From: Lophium mytilinum
Lineage: Eukaryota
Length of the DNA: 64,000 nucleotides
Reading direction: 5' to 3'
Assembly: GCA_010093605.1 (NCBI GenBank)
Contig: MU004184.1
Location: forward strand, 568,801 to 632,800
The notes under the pieces were generated by a model. That model was not told where the DNA came from, did not search any database, and saw only the letters and a list, made by a program, of their open reading frames with translations. Position numbers and translations under genes: made by a program. This document shows, piece after piece, positions 1 to 10,888 of this stretch (positions are counted from its first letter, which is position 1; each line of letters begins with the position of its first letter).

Positions 1-169
1 TCCAATCAACCCTTCTACCACTGTACCAGGTGTGCGGCTTCCTAAACCAGACAAAATGCCATTCGTGAGCATACCTTTGGGTGGCCCCCGCAAAATTGTC
101 TCGCTGACTTTGATACCATTCCATCTTTCATCGAGCTTCTGACTGAACCTACTGACCTTAAAACTCGGT

Positions 170-1126
170 CTACCGACCACCGAATCCTGGGGGTGGGTAC
201 CCGCGACCGCCGGGTGGCTGGAAGCCTCCTGGCGGTCCTCCGAATTGAGCTGCGATTTGTTAGTATGTTTAGGAGCAGCGGGAACAGGTGCTCTTTGACT
301 TACGAGGTCCGCCTGGGGGTCCTCCAAAACCTGCTGGGGGGAAGCCGGCTGCGATCTTATTAGTATCTCAGATGCATGAAGACTAGGTGTCAGTCGACTT
401 ACGGGGTCCGCCTGGTGGTCCTCCTCGGCCGGGAAAACCTGCAGGTGGTCCAAACCCTCCGGGAGGTCCAAAGCCTGCTGGCGGTCCTCCAAAGCCTGGT
501 CCTGGTCCTCCAACTCCAGCGGCAGGTCCAGTAAGACCAATCGGTAGGCCTCTTCCTGCGGGTTTACTGATGCCTGCACCTGGTTGTAGAGCCGCGGCCG
601 CTCCTCCAGTCGCCGGTCCGCCCAGTCTTGCGGAAGGATCGTGGGGTGGGGGACCCTCTACGGATAGCGAGACGATGTGGGTGCCGCGCAGGATGATCAG
701 CCCTAGAGTTCGCTTCTCTTCCGTCTCGACTGCTGCAGAGCTAGAACTGCCAGGCGCTTGGGAGCCCTTCGCGGCCTTCTTCGTCCGTCGAAATTCTTCG
801 GTATCGGCAAGTACGAGATTCATATGCTGCGAGAAGATCAGCAATCTTGCGCCAGAAAAGCTTGTCCCATGAGTGCCCTTACCTTATCGAAGGCCAGCAT
901 CTGTCCCACCATCTGCCTTGTATCGGTCAAGGTGGCTCGCATTTTGTAGTTGAGCTAGAACTGTCAGAGCCTTGTGTGGTATTTCTTGAGCGGGATGCTT
1001 ACTAGATTTTGCTGTAGGTCGAAGAGTTAGCTGGAACTATAGTCGGGTATCTTTCAGGGCTGCGAATGAAGTAGAGCGGGACTTGCGAGTACTTACGATC
1101 TTGCCTTGCCTATTTGCCGCAGCCAT
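170..1126 (-). CDS. SMB1: Small nuclear ribonucleoprotein Sm B
   Basis: Manual splicing (exons 1097-1126, 1003-1011, 883-954, 403-826, 304-348, 170-249) gives [51 protein letters not shown]...[26 protein letters not shown] (Sm1/Sm2 motifs) plus a Gly/Pro-rich tail. Confidence 0.95.
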
Positions 1127-1474
1127 AATGATGCGGGTGCGTGCGAACACGACTGGTCCTCCTTCGAAATTAGAGTTCCAGTAGTTCGGCGGAGGGAGAG
1201 GTGAGTGCGCAGTGGAAAGCACTGGTCACTGGGCGGGGTGATGTTGCGGTGGGAGCTCGAAGTTCAAGAAGCTTTCCGCGCGCGCCAAGACAATTCGCTT
1301 ACTAGCGCGCACTCTCGCGCAGGCCGTAGCCAACCTCACTCCAAACTCAGGAGAGTCCTCCACTTCACGAAATACTAACTCCAGGCCCCGCCACGACGCA
1401 ACCGGTACGCAGCACTTCAAGCTCCCATCTCGTGGATGCTATTCTGACCGATTGCTGCAGTGACATTCTTCAAG

Positions 1475-2437
1475 ATGGCCGAATCAGGAAAGGACAAGTC
1501 AGGTATGTCTCGCCCAAGCAATTCTTCCTGTGAGCATTGGCTAACTGTCGCAGCGAACGTGAGCTACCCATTACAAGCAGAATCGAGCCTATGAAACTAA
1601 TCATCTCGCCATCTAGCCCATGCGAGAGGTACTTCCCCCAATCCAGATTATGCCTTCCAGCGATGCCAATCCGCGCAATACCTACTCGAACCCTTCAACC
1701 ACTTGCGCAAGCATATCACAACATGGCTACACCTCAAACATCCGAGATACCGCTCTCGGACAAGGACACAAATGGAATTGGGCTGACAAGCAGTTTAGCT
1801 TCGAATCAGCAAGCTGGTTCTGAACATCTCGGTGGGAGAGGTACGAGATCTTGAACATCGGGAGATACATGGACAAAATAGCTGACTTTGACAGTCTGGT
1901 GATCGCTTGACTAGGGCCGCAAAGGTCTTGGAACAGCTTTCCGGTCAAACTCCTGTCTACTCCAAGGCACGATACACCGTCCGAACCTTCGGTATCCGTC
2001 GTAACGAGAAGATTGGTGCGTTCCTCGCAACCAAGTCACTAAGCCATTGACTGACCTTGCGTCTAGCCGTCCACGTCACTGTCCGAGGACCAAAGGCTGA
2101 GGAGATTCTCGAGCGTGGCCTCAAGGTCAAGGGTGCGTTAGCTGCCTGTCTCTGAGCTCCACAACCGCTAATTCATGTAGAATACGAACTCCGCAAGAAG
2201 AACTTCAGCTCGTCCGGCAACTTCGGATTCGGTATCTCGGAACACATCGACTTGGGCATCAAATACGACCCCTCCATTGGAATCTACGGAATGGACTTCT
2301 ACTGCTGCATGACCCGCCCCGGTGCCCGCGTTGCCAAGCGTAGGCGCTGCACCTCTAAGATCGGTGCCGCTCACCGCATCAACCAAGCCGAGACCGTCAA
2401 GTGGTACAAGAACCGATTCGAGGGCATCGTGCGATAA
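1475..2437 (+). CDS. RPL11: 60S ribosomal protein L11 (uL5)
   Basis: Spliced product [69 protein letters not shown]...[28 protein letters not shown]; includes micro-exons 1554-1558 and 1617-1628. Head-to-head with SmB (~350 bp apart). Confidence 0.97.
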
Positions 2438-3847
2438 ATGGGGAGAGGTTTCCGGAGGGTCTATTTCGGCATCAGGGCATGCATACCCGACTTTCAGTGC
2501 TGACTCGATTGTTCACTCACGGCGTCTCCATGTAATTTCGATACAAAAATCAGGAATTGAGGCCTATCAATGGAGCTAGCCTTGCTCTTCAAGAGCGGGT
2601 GTTGATCACAATACAATGGAGACTTCACGAGGGTGATGATCGCTTAACCATTGGTGATCTTGTTCTATGCTGGGTACTTGCGGCGAGGCGAAGTGTGATG
2701 TCTGAGTATACGTCCCCGTACATAATCCTCTGCAATGGCTCAAGGTAGGTCCTAGAGAACAGTCACTCCACAGTCCATCCCATATGCGCCCACAGCCTTC
2801 CCTACGCTGTTCTTTATATGTTGAGCTCCTAGCTGTTCTGATACAACTATTTTATAGAATAAACCAATACATCCCTACCGAAACGTTCTCTGATCCCCCC
2901 TATCATTGACGTATGCCTCCTTACTTCACATAAGCTATCTCGGGGATACCAACTCACCACTAACTAGTACTTCCACATCTAAGGATATCAAGTCAATGCC
3001 AAGTAACCGCAATGAATTCTCTCGCCCAGTCCCACCTTAAAGCGACGAGAACAATCAACAAAACCATGATTAACCCGAGCAAGGTCCTTCGCTTACGCGA
3101 AGTCGCATCCTCTGTGCTCGCCGCCATTACTCGAGGTACCTAGAACAGGAAATCCCATTCAGCTACAGTGATCCCTTACGGGTCTATAAATCACGCGGAA
3201 TTACTCCCTCTAGACTCAACGCTTCTCCCCTCGGAGTTCCCATCAGGAAACGTTCGAGATTGAAACCTGCGACACTCGGAACAAACTCCGGTAAGAGGGC
3301 TGAGATATGAGGTATTGAGATGTAAATGGGAGAAAGTCTGTGCGATTTTGAGACGGTGATTTTATATAGCACTGTACACACCTAGGTAGGACAGACTACA
3401 CTCGTGATGCCGAACTCGGACACGCCAAATCAGATCATGCCCATAGGGTAAATTACAGTGTTATAAGATGTACAAACGGGAGCCAGTCCGTGCGATTTGC
3501 CCTCGTGACGTGAACGGCACGGGTTACTGCCTTTAGGGCTACATAGCGAATTAGGCGAGAAATGTGAAGGACGTCATCGAAACACACGGATCGCTGGTAG
3601 GAGACATGGGAGGTGAAGGGCCGCGGACGGCAGGAGATTAAGCTAGAGAGGATCCGAGAATGTATTGGAGTATTGAAAAGGGAAAACAAGGCAGCATGCG
3701 CGCACAATATGGTCCTACAAAGCGGAAGTGAGATACAATGAGAGTCCTTCTATCTAGCTACGTGGTCGTGTTCTGAGTGATAGTCGAGGTCAATGGCAAC
3801 AATGTATGCTGGATCGCTTTCTCGGCGTGTCACGCTGAAGCGTAGTA

Positions 3848-4545
3848 TACGTGCGCAGCTACGCGGCAATGATTCTCCACATGCTTCTCAACCTCTAGCC
3901 AGATTTTGGCACCTAAAGCGCTTGAAACGCACGTAGCAGGAAGCTCATCGTAAAGGAGCTACTGGATACACATCAGCGCTGACAGAACCCGCGCCGCCTA
4001 CGTGCGCAGCTGCGTGGCAATGACGTTTCACATCCCTTGGAACATCTAGCTAGATTTTGGCACCCAGAGTCCTCGGAGCGCACGTGGAACGGGTCTCGGC
4101 GTAAAAAGGCTGGTGCCTCTGCGCGGCGTGGACTGAAACCGCTGATTACCTAGGTGCGCTGCTAGGCGTCAACTGTTCTTTGCATCATCTATATCTTCTG
4201 GCCAGACTTTGGCACCTAGGAACTGGCAGACGAACCTGGAATGCACAGAAATAGGGGGACGTTGGGTGTGAGAAGCATAAAACCAAGCATATTCGAAGTA
4301 TCTTACAAGCGCAGTGACGCGGCAACTGTTCTTTATTGGGTTATGACCTCTGCGCAAGATTTGGCACCTACAGACCTAATAGCGCACGTAGATCGGGCGA
4401 GGGGAAGGAGAGTGCTTACTTGAGGAATGTGAAAGTAGCCGGCAACAACCTCACTTACGCGGCAACTACGCGGCAATGACTTCTCCCTCGATTGCTAATA
4501 TCTGGTTAGGATTTACGCACTTGGATTTCTAGGAGCGCCCCTAGA
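3848..4545. repeat. Degenerate tandem array of five ~152-bp units (conserved block plus divergent spacer)
   Basis: Unit starts at 3848, 3999, 4151, 4304, 4456 (TACGTGCGCAGCTACGCGGCAATGA-like). A shared AGATTTTGGCACC-like motif has its GGCACC at 3908, 4059, 4211, 4363 (degenerate at ~4516). Confidence 0.85.
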
Positions 4546-5316
4546 TAGTACCAAGATAATGAAGCGCTGTTTGAGTCTGATACACGCGCATACACGCTAC
4601 AAATGGTTTTTCAGGTCGTAGGTCTCTTTCCAGTATTTACGCTCCTATTTCTTATAGTGCTGGTAGGCTGAACAGAAGCGAAATATCTTTGTGGGTCCCG
4701 AGCGCCGAGTTGTTCTGGAAGCCAGCCGTTTGGAGTCCTGTCTACATCGCGAACGTTCCTTGCGCGGCTTGAATAACATTCCATGACGAATTCAAAGTGG
4801 AGGAGGACTATAGGGCCTTGGGGCGAATCTGTGGAGAAGCAGTGACTGAACCCAAGAGGCGTTATGAAGATGAAGATGAGTGCCGTTTTGGATCCCTAGG
4901 CGACGAAAGATAAATAGGGTATGAGTTTGGACACACGAAGATCACGATGCTTGCGCCCCAATCTTGCTCGTTGCATGTATTCGGGCTGCCAAAACGCAGT
5001 CTGATATTCATCTTACCAACCTTTACATCCTTTGTAGTCTCAAAGACCTACGAGACTACGTATGGAGATAGAGAGGGTTCCACGCAGTCCAAATGATACT
5101 CAGAAATCACGGACGACGAATTTGAGTGGAAAGTCATTGATTAGACCCATCTAAGTTTACCTCAGGCCAATGGAACCAACATCTTGGAAGGGAATGAAGG
5201 CCTTTCACGCTCAGTCTGGTGTAAGAGGACATGAGTATCGAACCACACCGATACTTACAGTCTTATTCCCGTAGTCTCCACCTTCAAAGACTCGCAGGGG
5301 CTCTCGCCGCTCTGCC

Positions 5317-7832
5317 CTAATGAAATGCGGACGCCGGCAATCCATGAGCGATTGCAACGTCCCTCAAGCAGTCGCACATGCGCACAGCCGGCCCCATTGC
5401 AATGTTGGCTGGCAAGTACGGCTGGAAGTCGTGAAGAATACCCATATTAGTGCTGCATTTGTAGGCAGATCTCACTTCGGCTTCGACGAACTTTGATCCT
5501 TCGAAGTATTGCTTCACCTTTTCCAGCGTCAACTCAGCCAGGCCCGGAATCTCGTATCCCATACCCGCAGCGAAGATGCAGAGATGCTCCAGCAGCGACA
5601 GCTTCCTCTTGGTGAGTGGGTCGATTGTGAAGCCAAATTTGACGTCCGCAGTAGTGTCTGGCTCCACATAAGTATCGTAGTCACCGGAATAGATGAACTC
5701 GATGACACGGTCCATGACGATACGGTCCCAGCGTTCGTATCTCACGGTTCCGCCCGACTATTCAGAACAGATTAGTCAGAACTATAAGGTATGTATTTAA
5801 GTGAGCACTTACCGCTGCATCCTTGGGAATGAGATCACCAGCTTTGGAGGCAATGACGGCCATGTGAACATTCCACTTGTGGGCCTTCGTCGTGATCGTG
5901 TAATCGCTGTATTTGCCAGTTTGGAGAAGCTGAAGGAATGAGCTAGCAAAGTTAGTAAAGGCCTCCATTGGAGATAGCTGCGAATGACTTACTCCTTGGG
6001 ATGATCATCCTTGAGCTCGTTTTTCTTGCCAGGGGGTCCCACCCGGACAGGTGCTACTCCGGAGTTCGCAGAAGTTGTAGGCTGAGACTGGAAGATACCA
6101 GAGCTCGGAACTCCACGATGGGGCATGAGGGGAGTAGTATTTGATCCTCCGAAGTTGCTAGAATGCTGTTCTCTGAAGAAGTCGCTAGAATACAGGGGCT
6201 GACAGGACGCCAAAGGAATGCTCCACTCTCCAACCTGAGGGCGCGTCTGTCCCTGGCCGAAGAGATTACTAGACTGATGTCCGTGGCCTCCATACCCTTG
6301 TCCGCTGAAGGCCCCATAGTGTGGTCCGTAGCTATCATATGGTGTTCCAAAACGTCTAAACTGAAGCTGGGCCGCCTTCATTCGTGCTTCCCGCTCCTGG
6401 TCTACTTCAAGCGCACTCTGCATAGAAGTCCTGAAGCCTCCAAAGCCCGTACCTGCTTGATATTGGGCCTGTCCGTCGTTCAGCTCAGAGCCAGAAGAGT
6501 ATCCAAAGCGGCTACCCGGCTGTTGTCCTCCGAAGAGACCAGAAGACTGTGCTGCGTTCGTAGGGGCATAAGAGCTGAATGCGCCAAAGACACCCTGTCC
6601 ATGGTACTCGCGGGGTGCTGCTGAGCCAAACAGGCCGCCGCCAGACTGTCGTCCTGCCGCAACTGTAGACGGGGTGCCAAAGAGACCACCGCCAGAACGT
6701 TGTCCTGCCGAAGCCGTAGATGGGGCACCAAATCCGCCAAAGAGACCACCGCCCTGTCCCTGACGATCGCGAGATACTGCTGAGCCGAACAGACCGCCAC
6801 CAGACTGTTGTCCTGTCGAAACTGTAGACGGGGTGCCAAAAAGCCCCCCGGAGGATTGGCCCTGTCCCTGGTTCTCGCGGGATGTGAACAGGCCACCACC
6901 AGACTGTCGTCCAGTCGAAGCTGTAGACGGAGCGCCGACTGTAGAGCCAAACAGGCCGCCGCCAGACTGTTGTCCTGTCGAAGCTCTAGACGGGGCGCCG
7001 AATGCGGAGCCAAAGAGGCCGCCGCCAGACTGTGTCCCTGTCGAAGGTTTAGACAGGGCGCCAAATCCGCCAAAGAGACCACCGCCCTGTCCCTGGTTAT
7101 CGCGGGATGCTCCCGAGCCAAACAGGCCGCCACCAGACTGCCGTCCTCTCGAAGCTCCAGGCGGAAGGCCAGAAAGACCGCGCTTTGGGTTTGAAGGATC
7201 TCCGAAGAGGCCCCCTCCTGGCTGCCTATCATGAGTTTGAGGGGCTGGCTTGACCTTCGACTCCGGCTTGGATGCCGCGTGTTTGGACTGCATTAGAGAC
7301 GGCAAGAGTGTATTCTCCGCATGCTTAGACTGCATCGGAGCAGAAGAGAGGGTAGAATTCGCGCCACTCATAGCGCCGGTGATGCCTTGACCACAACCAG
7401 CTGCCGCGGGATGTGAGGCGATGTTCTGCGAAGGTCCACCTGCCCGATCGCTGTAATGGCATGGCATGCCGCTTCACGATGTCAGCGCCTGTGTTCAACG
7501 GAAGAATTGTTTAACGGCATCACTTACTCTTTTGCACATTCTGTACACTTTTCACCACCACCTGAACACTGGATTCCCGCACTGTGGCACGTGTCGCATG
7601 CCATAGGAAGGAACTGTCCCTGATTCACTCCATCGGCGCCAACAGTGGTCTTTGTGACGTGATTGGCTTCGTCATTGGTAACTCCCGCGACGCTGGGCAT
7701 AGTAGGGCCATTGAGTTGGCTGCTGGGCTGCGGGGAAGCCATCTTTGCAGTGCCGTCGGTGGAGGGTGTCGGGGGGGAAGTGTCGGAGCTTGTGGACTCG
7801 AGGTCCTCGACAAACGCTGGCTTGGGTTGCAT
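5317..7832 (-). CDS. Zn(II)2Cys6 DNA-binding domain + GLFG-repeat region + BTB/POZ domain protein (~784 aa)
   Basis: Exons 7528-7832, 5993-7471, 5813-5942, 5317-5757 sum to 2355 nt in one frame; all donors are GTAAGT. Splicing completes CDTCHSAGIQCSGGGEKCTECAKDGMPC. Middle region has 11 GLFG motifs. C-terminus has LLQTGKYSDYTIT..WNVHMAVIAS...VMDRVIEFIYSGDY, typical of fungal BTB domains. Confidence 0.85.
6529..7224 (-). repeat. Coding imperfect tandem repeats encoding (Q/R)SGGGLFG units
   Basis: Recurring plus-strand CCAAACAGGCCGCCGCCAGACTG / CCAAAGAGACCACCGCC motifs about every 50-70 bp. Confidence 0.9.
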
Positions 7833-9031
7833 GTTTGCGGTTGTGGTATGTGGTTAAGAAGAGGAAGATAGATTCAAGTCCTCGAGAGACCGATCAAATA
7901 GTGAGGTTGGCCAAAGCTGCGGTCTGTAGGTGAATGATGATTTATAGCTGGCAACTTTTGCATTCGTCTATGCCAGGCACCAAACTAGTCAGATGACGAT
8001 CTTACGGTGACAAGCCATAAGTCTGGGCACACTGGTTCGCCACTGCTTATGGCGCCCCAACTGGCTTTCGGAGATTCAAGGGCGATCTCGCTTCCAAGCA
8101 ATGTAGATTAGACTGCCTCTTGACTGAATGGCTCCTCAGCTGCCAAGCTACCCCCGACAGTGGTGTCAACTGAGTAACATTGGAGCTAAGCAGTGACAGA
8201 GTCGTATGTCCAAACTTATAGCCTATTCCTGTACGTTTACCTCCTCTAGAAGTGCTATGAAGAATCGCTTAGATGCCGAATACAAAACTGTTTGGAGTGT
8301 CAGCTTCCGAAGTTGTAACATTGGGAGCGTGGTTGTGACTTGCGCTTGATACTGTGAGGCCTCCCCCTAAGCGTATGCCCTGAACGGGACAGTTGATAGC
8401 ATGATAGAAGGCTTTTGAATATAAGAGGAACAGTCATCACGTCACAAACGTCCCAATACTCCGATGCGCAAGCACATTAATACCTGACTCTTTTTTTACC
8501 TGAACGGAAGGAGATTCTAGCGGCCCTGATCTGAAATCTTACAGTGCCGCAACGAGTATTTGTGGATATAGGTGTTGATAAAGTGCTTAATGTAGCAAGC
8601 CTTAGCAGTATAGAGGGTAAGTTCCTTTCCTACTTTCATCAGGTGCCACGTGACTAGGGCTAAACTAGAAAAAGGTTTGCAGGTGATAAAAGTGGGGAAA
8701 CCTCTGTCCTCTATACTTTGATAACCTTGGAGCATCTTCAATGTGTCAAGACCTGCTACAAGACCATGACAAGTTCTAAGATGGAACATAGGAATCAAGA
8801 AGATATGATATTGATGAACGGGAATGTAGCGATAGTAATTAAGAAATGCTTACACCTAAATGCAATGTAAACGCTAAACGAATGCGCAGTAAAAAGCAGT
8901 GGTATCTGTTTCCATCCAGCCAAAACTCCAATATAAAACCCAAACACCCGCTTGCCCATGCTAAATGCAACGCTAACGCTTGAGACAAAAGGAAATATGA
9001 CGCTGAGAAAAGACTGTCCGAGTGCTCCGCA

Positions 9032-10354
9032 CTATACACCCCTCCGCGGACTCACACCACGAACTCCTAGACCGCCAAGATCTCTACTATCCCTACCGAA
9101 TCCTGCGTCCTCCATCAGCCTTGTGAATGTCGTCCCACCAGTCAGTGGTCGTCCGTTGGCACCCGTGTCCGAATTTGGCACTCCTAGGAAGCTCGGAGCG
9201 GGCATCAAGACGTCAATCGTCTCAGTGCTGCCACTCCTCTCAGGCCCTGCTCTTCGCTTAGATCGGGATGAGCGAGATGAGCGGGAAGTAGGTGTGCGAG
9301 TTGGGGTGGTATAAGGATCGCGCGCCGCAGAGCCACCTGGGCCGAGCTTAGGAGATTTAGAGAAGAGAGCACGAACTCGCGGAGTTGTTGTCTGAGCGCG
9401 AGGCGGCGATGGAAACTGGTTCATTTTGCCGCCGGTGGTATTGCTACGATTCATGTTGATGTTCGCATTCGCGAGAGACATGCCGACCGTGCCCATTTGC
9501 ATCTCCGTGTCGCGTGCGGGTGATTGTTGGCTGGCTACACTAGCGCTTCCACGACGCAGGAAGTCGGTGCGTGCTGCATAGACAGGATCGTAGATGGGAT
9601 CGGAGACAGTGCGAGCGACATGGCCAAAGTCACCACTGTAGCGATTCTTGGCTGCTTCGCGGCGTTTGTTGATGAGCCAGATGATAGCGACGGCAAGGAT
9701 AGCGCCGAGAAGCATGCCTGGGAAAAATCCGGCTACGACTGCTTTGGCAGGGAAGCCAGAGTTGGAGGGGGGTGCGGTGGTGGGGATGGGGGGACCGGAT
9801 ACAGCGGTCTGGGAGGACTGTGGAAGAGCAGTGCCAGTGCCAGTTGCAGAGGCAGTAGGTGATAAGGAAGAAGATGCAGAGGCTGCAGAAGATGGTTTGG
9901 AGACGGCGCACATGCCACCTTGGCATCCGTAGCCCAACGGACAGCATGAGCTACCGCATGTCTCGAGCTTGAGGTCGGTAGTGTTGGCCGTGTGTATTTG
10001 ATTGTCGGGATGTTTTGTTGCGTCGAGCTGGGTCACATCACATGTGATGGGTTGGATGAAGCCGCAGTCCTGGCCGGCAGGACAACAGATGGCGGAGATT
10101 GAGACAGTATTATTGATCGAGAGGCATTTCGAGTCGGTAGGACAGCAGAACTCGGAGGGAAAGGATGCTCCGCATTGCGAGAGGCCAGAATTCCCTCCAC
10201 ACACTGTCTCTCGCTGTATTAGACCCACGGACTGGGCAGCGGAGACGGCGGCGGCGAGGGCGGAGGTAGCGGGGACGGTGGTGGATATTAGACAGATGAG
10301 AGATAGCTTCTGGAGATTGGACGAGAACATGTTGGCAGCAGGACAATAGCCCAC
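9032..10354 (-). CDS. Type I membrane protein, Mid2/Wsc-like architecture (putative cell-surface sensor)
   Basis: Single ORF: hydrophobic signal peptide, Cys-rich ectodomain, Ser/Thr-rich stalk, TM helix VVAGFFPGMLLGAILAVAIIWLI followed by NKRR, cytosolic tail. True start may be the second ATG (MFSSN). Confidence 0.75.
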   Translation of the reverse strand: MGYCPAANMFSSNLQKLSLICLISTTVPATSALAAAVSAAQSVGLIQRETVCGGNSGLSQCGASFPSEFCCPTDSKCLSINNTVSISAICCPAGQDCGFIQPITCDVTQLDATKHPDNQIHTANTTDLKLETCGSSCCPLGYGCQGGMCAVSKPSSAASASSSLSPTASATGTGTALPQSSQTAVSGPPIPTTAPPSNSGFPAKAVVAGFFPGMLLGAILAVAIIWLINKRREAAKNRYSGDFGHVARTVSDPIYDPVYAARTDFLRRGSASVASQQSPARDTEMQMGTVGMSLANANINMNRSNTTGGKMNQFPSPPRAQTTTPRVRALFSKSPKLGPGGSAARDPYTTPTRTPTSRSSRSSRSKRRAGPERSGSTETIDVLMPAPSFLGVPNSDTGANGRPLTGGTTFTRLMEDAGFGRDSRDLGGLGVRGVSPRRGV

Positions 10355-10888
10355 GAGTATGATTATAAGAAGAAATATATGAACAAAGACACAGACACAA
10401 TGGGATTTTTCTGTCTTAGGGCGATGATAGTCGAGGTCGAAACACGAAACGATCGAGAAAGAACATGGCGGGCAGCACAGCAGTATATAGAGATACGAAA
10501 ATAGAGTCGACCTACCTCACGGCCGTGGCATCAGGCTCTGAATGACGGTCTGTCGCGCGATGTGCAGGCCCAATAGGCCGCCGGATGTTCTGGAAATAGC
10601 CCATTCTTCGCGCCGAGTGGTGTGCAGCGTCTGGAGAGCGAAGCAGCTAACCGTGCACCAGCGGCAGGTGACTCTTCACATCGTGTGGCTATGCTTTTGC
10701 AGGTCGCTGAGAGGGTGAAACGCTGGCACCGCGGGCGGCTCTGCTGTATCATGTTGTTTGCAGCGAACAGCGACGACGCCCCGTGAGTGGCCCGCAGCTC
10801 TGGCGTCTCATCCCGAGTCGGCTAGCGCAACCTGGGACGACCAGAAATTGTTGCATCGCGACTCTAACCACCACAGCACACCCACGCC

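Noticed and set aside
387..872. 161-aa Pro/Gly-rich plus-strand ORF
   Set aside because: Antisense shadow of the SmB Gly/Pro-rich exon.
4169..4423. Short ORFs inside the array as a repeat protein
   Set aside because: Unit spacings of 151 and 152 break frame, and neighbouring units contain stops.
3848..4545. CRISPR array or box C/D snoRNA cluster interpretation of the 152-bp array
   Set aside because: Eukaryotic context, no cas genes, repeats too long and degenerate; no consistent RTGATGA/CTGA box pairs in the units.
5989..7467. A bona fide nucleoporin gene (Nup98/Nup116)
   Set aside because: No GLEBS, autoproteolytic or coiled-coil anchor domain recognised; flanking exons encode a Zn2Cys6 cluster and a BTB domain instead.
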